DNA from: an uncultured Eubacteriaceae bacterium
Lineage (GTDB): Bacteria; Bacillota; Clostridia; Eubacteriales; UBA1433
Length of the DNA: 64,000 nucleotides
Assembly: GCA_964581565.1 (NCBI GenBank)
Contig: CAZOOZ010000004.1
Span: forward strand, 82,115-146,114
Direction: 5' to 3'
Part shown: positions 59,557-64,000 of the stretch, piece by piece
Layout of the letters: each line of letters starts with the position of its first letter
Numbering within the stretch: the first letter of the stretch is position 1
The notes under the pieces: model-generated
What the model was told of the DNA's origin: nothing
Databases searched by the model: none
The model's input: the letters and a program-made list of their open reading frames with translations, nothing else
Translations under genes and position numbers: made by a program

Positions 59557-60490
59557 GTGATCGCACCTTTCTTGATAAATCAATTCGAGGATCTATAACT
59601 TTATATAATATATCAACAACTAGATTCATCAGTACTATAAGAGATGCAAAGAATATAGTTGTGCCCATAATAAGCGGGTAATCTCGGCTTGAAATGCTCT
59701 GAACAAAATACCGGCCGAGCCCCGGAATATTAAAGATGCTTTCCACTACAAACCCACCGGTTAATATAGCAGCTGTCAGAGGCCCTAAATAAGTTAAAAC
59801 AGGTAAACATGCATTTTTTAATGCATGTTTATAAGTAATCGCAAAAGAGCCTAAACCTTTTGCTTTTGCGGTACGTATATAATCTTTATTAATAACATCA
59901 AGCATACTGAATCTGGTGAGTCTTGCAATATAGCATGTCGGATATAAAGCGAGAACAAAGCATGGCATGATATAGTTTTTCCAGCCGTTTAAACCTATTG
60001 TCGGCAGCCAATTTAGTTTTACACCAAATATAATAATACATATAATAGCCATTACAAATCCTGGGATTGATATACCAATTGATGTAATGATTTGCAAAAG
60101 TCGATCCAGCCGTTTGCCATTATTATTTGCAGCAATACATCCTAATAAAATACCAAAAAGTATAGAAACAAACAATGACATTATTCCGATTTTAGCAGAT
60201 ACTGGAAACATATCGGCAATAATCTTTGTTACCGCCCTATTTTTTTGTAATTTAAAGCTCACACCCATATCTCCATGGGTTAAATCAATTAAGTAATTTT
60301 TTAATTGAACAAAAATTGGCTGATCTAAACCATATTTAGTTTCCAAAGCTGATAATACTTCAGGTGACGGGGGTTTTTCGCTCAGAAAAGGTCCCCCGGG
60401 AATGATATTCATGATAAAAAAAGTGATACATATAATGAATACTATAATCAATAAGGCTTGACACAAACGTTTTATAATGTAGATTATCAT
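59546..60490 (-). CDS. oppB: oligopeptide ABC transporter permease
   Basis: MIIYIIKRL start and EAA region (YIRTAKAKGLGSFAITYKHALKN). ATG 60490 follows GAGGGA. Confidence 0.88.
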   Translation of the reverse strand: MIIYIIKRLCQALLIIVFIICITFFIMNIIPGGPFLSEKPPSPEVLSALETKYGLDQPIFVQLKNYLIDLTHGDMGVSFKLQKNRAVTKIIADMFPVSAKIGIMSLFVSILFGILLGCIAANNNGKRLDRLLQIITSIGISIPGFVMAIICIIIFGVKLNWLPTIGLNGWKNYIMPCFVLALYPTCYIARLTRFSMLDVINKDYIRTAKAKGLGSFAITYKHALKNACLPVLTYLGPLTAAILTGGFVVESIFNIPGLGRYFVQSISSRDYPLIMGTTIFFASLIVLMNLVVDILYKVIDPRIDLSRKVRSHAK

Positions 60491-60620
60491 GCTTCCCTCG
60501 AATTTTAATAAACAAAAATACATGATATGGATTCATAAAAATATTTTATAATATATTGTATACTAGATATTTGATATTTGTCAATTATGAAAAGATCTCA
60601 CTGTTTTGCTGATTTCAATA

Positions 60621-60652
60621 AAAAGAAGCCTTTATTAGAAGGCTTCTTTTTT
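60621..60652 (-). terminator. terminator after rpsA
   Basis: AAAAGAAGCC-TTTATTAGAA-GGCTTCTTTTTT, just downstream of the rpsA stop (60661). Confidence 0.75.
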
Positions 60653-60660
60653 GATTTCGT

Positions 60661-61836
60661 TTATTCTATTGTTATTTTTCCAAACAAATCCCCGATAGTA
60701 ACTTTATCGTCATCTGAATATACTTTTTTATTTTTTTCTATTTTTTTCTTGGGAGCAGGATATAATTCTTTAATACTAAGAGATATTTTTTTATTTTCAT
60801 CATCAATTTTTATAATTAAAACCTCAATTTCTTCACCGGTTTTAAGCATACTTTCAGGTTTATCAACTTTATGGTGAGCAAATTGGGATATGTGTATTAA
60901 TCCTTCTACATCATCTATTATTTTTGCAAAAGCACCATATTTTGTAAAAGAAGTTATTTCAACTTTTATTTTATCTCCCTCTTGATATTGCTTTTTAAAT
61001 ACATCCCAAGGATTTGGCGTAAGACCTTTGACGCTCAATTTAACTTTATAGTTTTCTTTATCTAACTCAATTATTTTTGCTCTGATGTTTTGACCAATGG
61101 ATAACACATCCGAAGGTTTTTTCACAGATTTCCAGGCGATATCAGAAACATGAATAAATCCGTCAATACCACCCAAGTCAACAAAAACACCATAATCTGT
61201 GAAATTTTTAATAGTGGTATCAATTGTTTGTCCTAATTCTAATGTAGATACCGCAGCCTCTTTAATGGCTTTTTGCTCAGCTTTTCTTTTTTCCATTTCT
61301 TCTAATAATAATACTTTATGTGAAAAAATGATTCTGTTGGCGGAAGGATTGTATTCGGTAATTCTTCCGCTGACTATCTTGCCTATTAAAGCATTTAAGT
61401 CTTTAACAAATTTTACATCATAATAAGATGCAGGCATAAAAGCAGTCAAGCTTCCCAAATCTACCATTAAACCGCCTTTGATTGCTTTTACTATTTTGCC
61501 TGTTAAAATTTCTCCGTTTTCAAATTTTTTCTGTAATTCTTTTTTAGCATCTAATTCTTCAACTTTTAATTTAGACAGAACATAATTGCCGGCGCCATCA
61601 TTTGTAGATAAGATCATTACTTTGTGCTTATCTCCCACTGCGGCATGTCTCATAAGATCTTCATATAAATCTAATATGAATTCATCTTTTTTAATTATGC
61701 CATCACTTTTCCCGCCTATATTCATAACGACAGAATCGCTGTTAACGGATATGATTTCTCCTTCTACAATGTCTCCTGTTTTAAAGTTTTTGAATGTTTC
61801 TTCATACTGGTCTTGAATGTTATTTTGCTCATTCAT
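60661..61836 (-). CDS. rpsA: 30S ribosomal protein S1 (four S1 domains)
   Basis: 391 aa with repeated S1 motifs (G.V..I...G..V.L.G..GF.H.S). Lies downstream of ispH, as in many Clostridia. Confidence 0.88.
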   Translation of the reverse strand: MNEQNNIQDQYEETFKNFKTGDIVEGEIISVNSDSVVMNIGGKSDGIIKKDEFILDLYEDLMRHAAVGDKHKVMILSTNDGAGNYVLSKLKVEELDAKKELQKKFENGEILTGKIVKAIKGGLMVDLGSLTAFMPASYYDVKFVKDLNALIGKIVSGRITEYNPSANRIIFSHKVLLLEEMEKRKAEQKAIKEAAVSTLELGQTIDTTIKNFTDYGVFVDLGGIDGFIHVSDIAWKSVKKPSDVLSIGQNIRAKIIELDKENYKVKLSVKGLTPNPWDVFKKQYQEGDKIKVEITSFTKYGAFAKIIDDVEGLIHISQFAHHKVDKPESMLKTGEEIEVLIIKIDDENKKISLSIKELYPAPKKKIEKNKKVYSDDDKVTIGDLFGKITIE

Positions 61837-62663
61837 ACTTTTTGTACAACCTCCTTAATTATCCAAGCCGGTGTCGACGCTCCTGCCGTTATCCCCACCG
61901 ATTTACAATCTTTAAATATTTTTGTATCAATTTCTGATGCAGTTTCTATATGAATCACTTTATCACAATATACTTTACAAATTTCAGTCAATTTCTTTGT
62001 ATTTGAACTGTCATAACCTCCGACTACTATCATGACATCTGAATTTTTTGCAAGCAGTTTAGCTTCTTCTTGTCGTTCTTCGGTCGCAGAACAAATCGTA
62101 TTAAAAACTTTGATTTCGCAATGGCATTTTTGTATCTCGGAAACTATATCTGAGAACAGACTTTCAATGATAGTAGTTTGAGCTACAACGCATATTTTAT
62201 CATACATTTTTATTATTGGAATATTATTTTTATTATTTATTATAATTGCGCTGTTATTGCACCAACCATTAACACCGATCACTTCAGGATGGTTTTCATC
62301 GCCTATGATAATGATTTTATAACCTTTCATACAATATTCGTTTACGATATTCTGTACTTTTTTTACATATGGGCAAGTAGCATCTATAATATTGATATTC
62401 TTTTGCCCCATTTGATCATATAATGACTTGGCGACTCCATGTGATCGTATTACTACTGTAGAGTTATTTTCTACTTGAGATAAATCATTTATTATTTTCA
62501 CATTCTGGGAATCATATTTTTGAATCATTTGATTATTATGTATGATTGGGCCTAATGTATATATAGGGCTATTAATGCATTTAACGGCATTGTCCAATTT
62601 TTTTATTGCACGATCAACGCCAAAACAAAAACCTGCTGTTTTAGCTAAAGTAACATTCCTCAA
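61833..62663 (-). CDS. ispH: 4-hydroxy-3-methylbut-2-enyl diphosphate reductase
   Basis: AKTAGFCFGVDRAI, ATCPYV and SSNT motifs; 276 aa. Confidence 0.92.
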   Translation of the reverse strand: MRNVTLAKTAGFCFGVDRAIKKLDNAVKCINSPIYTLGPIIHNNQMIQKYDSQNVKIINDLSQVENNSTVVIRSHGVAKSLYDQMGQKNINIIDATCPYVKKVQNIVNEYCMKGYKIIIIGDENHPEVIGVNGWCNNSAIIINNKNNIPIIKMYDKICVVAQTTIIESLFSDIVSEIQKCHCEIKVFNTICSATEERQEEAKLLAKNSDVMIVVGGYDSSNTKKLTEICKVYCDKVIHIETASEIDTKIFKDCKSVGITAGASTPAWIIKEVVQKV

Positions 62664-63292
62664 TGGTTAGCTCCTTTTATATCTTCTAACATCATTTGTA
62701 TTTTTTGCATAACAGTATTTTGCGTAATTTCTATTAATTCATTTGTTTTATATTTTTGCGAGTAATATGCATCAAAGTAAATAGGCTGTCCCAATCGAAT
62801 AGTGATTTTACCTCTGAATTTATATTTTCCGTAAATGGCGATTGGCACAATCGGGGACTTTGTTTGTAGGGCAAGCATTAAAGCACCCGCTTTCGGAGCA
62901 ATTAATTCTTTTCCGTTTTTTATCGTTGTGCCTTCCGGAAATATACCTAAAACGCGTTCTCCTCTTAAAACTTTTAAACATTTTTTTACTGCGGAAGCAT
63001 CATTTTCATTTCGTTTTACTGGAATTACAAATAGTTGTGTAAAAACCCATGTAAGAAACTTACCTTTAAACAATTCTTCTTTTGCTAAAAAATGTATTGT
63101 TCTTTTTGTGTTAATCATTAGTACCACAGGATCAATATTGCTTGTATGGTTTGGGCATAAAATTACTCGCCCTTCTTTTGGTAAATTTGAAGGATTTTCT
63201 ATTTTGATATTAAAAAGGATTGTTTCCAATATTTTTGCTATCCCGTAAAGAATAACAAATAACATGTTTTTGTCTACTTTTTTATTACGCAT
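62660..63292 (-). CDS. plsC: 1-acyl-sn-glycerol-3-phosphate acyltransferase
   Basis: NHTSNIDP (HxxxxD) and FPEGT motifs. Confidence 0.88.
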   Translation of the reverse strand: MRNKKVDKNMLFVILYGIAKILETILFNIKIENPSNLPKEGRVILCPNHTSNIDPVVLMINTKRTIHFLAKEELFKGKFLTWVFTQLFVIPVKRNENDASAVKKCLKVLRGERVLGIFPEGTTIKNGKELIAPKAGALMLALQTKSPIVPIAIYGKYKFRGKITIRLGQPIYFDAYYSQKYKTNELIEITQNTVMQKIQMMLEDIKGANH

Positions 63293-63918
63293 AATATTTC
63301 TTCAATTGTTTGATCTAATGTTTTATTTGTACTGTCTATAACAATACTTTGTGGAGTTATAAGTAAAGGAGCGACTTCTCTGTTTTTATCATACTTGTCT
63401 CGAATGATAATATCTTGCAAAATATCTTCATAGTCGTTCGTAATTCCTTTAATTTCATTTTGTTTAGCACGTCGTCTGGCACGTTCTTCTACATCTGCGG
63501 TTATGTAAAATTTAAAATCCGCATCAGGCAAAATCACTGTTGCTATATCTCTGCCTTCCATAATAATATTTTCATATTGTGTTCCGAGTTGTTGCTGGAT
63601 TTTTTTCATAATATTTCGAATAGTTCGATTAGATGCGATGTCGGATATATTTTTATCTATAGTCGGAGTATATATTTTATCTGTAACATTAATGCCATCT
63701 AAAAAAATCTGATCACCTGCTATTTTAAAATCAGTATTCTCCATAGATGTTTGAACGTTATTTATATTACCAATATCGATATTATCCGAAAGAACCTTTA
63801 ATGTATAAGCTCTGTATAGAGCCCCTGTATTTATATATACGTAATTTAATTTTTTCGCCAGTTCTTTAGCGATTGTGCTTTTGCCCGCACCAGCAGGACC
63901 ATCAAGAGCTATTTTCAT
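63274..63918 (-). CDS. cmk: cytidylate kinase
   Basis: IALDGPAGAGKSTIAK P-loop; 214 aa. First gene of cmk-plsC-ispH-rpsA. Confidence 0.93.
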   Translation of the reverse strand: MKIALDGPAGAGKSTIAKELAKKLNYVYINTGALYRAYTLKVLSDNIDIGNINNVQTSMENTDFKIAGDQIFLDGINVTDKIYTPTIDKNISDIASNRTIRNIMKKIQQQLGTQYENIIMEGRDIATVILPDADFKFYITADVEERARRRAKQNEIKGITNDYEDILQDIIIRDKYDKNREVAPLLITPQSIVIDSTNKTLDQTIEEILCVIKK

Positions 63919-64000
63919 TTATTACCTCAATTAAACATAAACAAATAAATTATATTTTATATTATTTTATAATACAACAAAAAAATGTATAATTCTATAA

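Noticed and set aside
62835-63248. 137-aa plus-strand track ORF inside plsC
   Set aside because: It is an antisense shadow of plsC with a low-complexity translation.

Overview
Low-GC (about 30% by eye) chromosomal segment of a spore-forming Firmicutes/Clostridia-type bacterium, densely packed and mostly housekeeping. Left to right: aroA (partial), M29 aminopeptidase, panB-panE, the class III stress operon mcsA-mcsB-clpC, tsaE-tsaB-rimI-(inserted membrane protein)-tsaD, a usp-galU / otsAB-GH65-pgmB-glk trehalose module, a GtrA/phosphodiester-glycosidase cluster, splB, patatin, PAP2, csp, tRNA-Thr(CGU), an HHxxxDG acyltransferase pair, MTHFS, pdaA-like, uvrB, HpcH aldolase, M14 peptidase, a two-gene AmmeMemoRadiSam system, metA, the full F1Fo ATP synthase operon, ssrA (tmRNA)-smpB, oppBCDFA, and cmk-plsC-ispH-rpsA. 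I saw no rRNA, CRISPR array, intact IS or prophage. The strongest finding is a 499-bp sequence present twice in direct orientation with 499/499 identity (15030-15528 and 23604-24102). Each copy is a self-contained minus-strand unit: a near-consensus sigma-A promoter, about 445 nt of helix-rich sequence with no credible ORF, and a hairpin terminator. This makes it a candidate large structured ncRNA that I cannot assign to a known family by eye. The two copies bracket the 8.1-kb trehalose/UDP-glucose module, so that module could be excised or amplified by recombination. Second, the slot upstream of mcsA normally held by ctsR is occupied by a Y1/HUH (IS200/RAYT-like) transposase-fold protein with a C-terminal HTH. 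Its promoter is embedded in an 18-bp perfect inverted repeat. Smaller items are two decayed genes (a GerMN lipoprotein with a homopolymer frameshift and an internally deleted amino-acid permease), a fused LigB-like/AMMECR1 protein, and several domain fusions of unknown role. All functional calls come from reading motifs in the translations. No database search was run.
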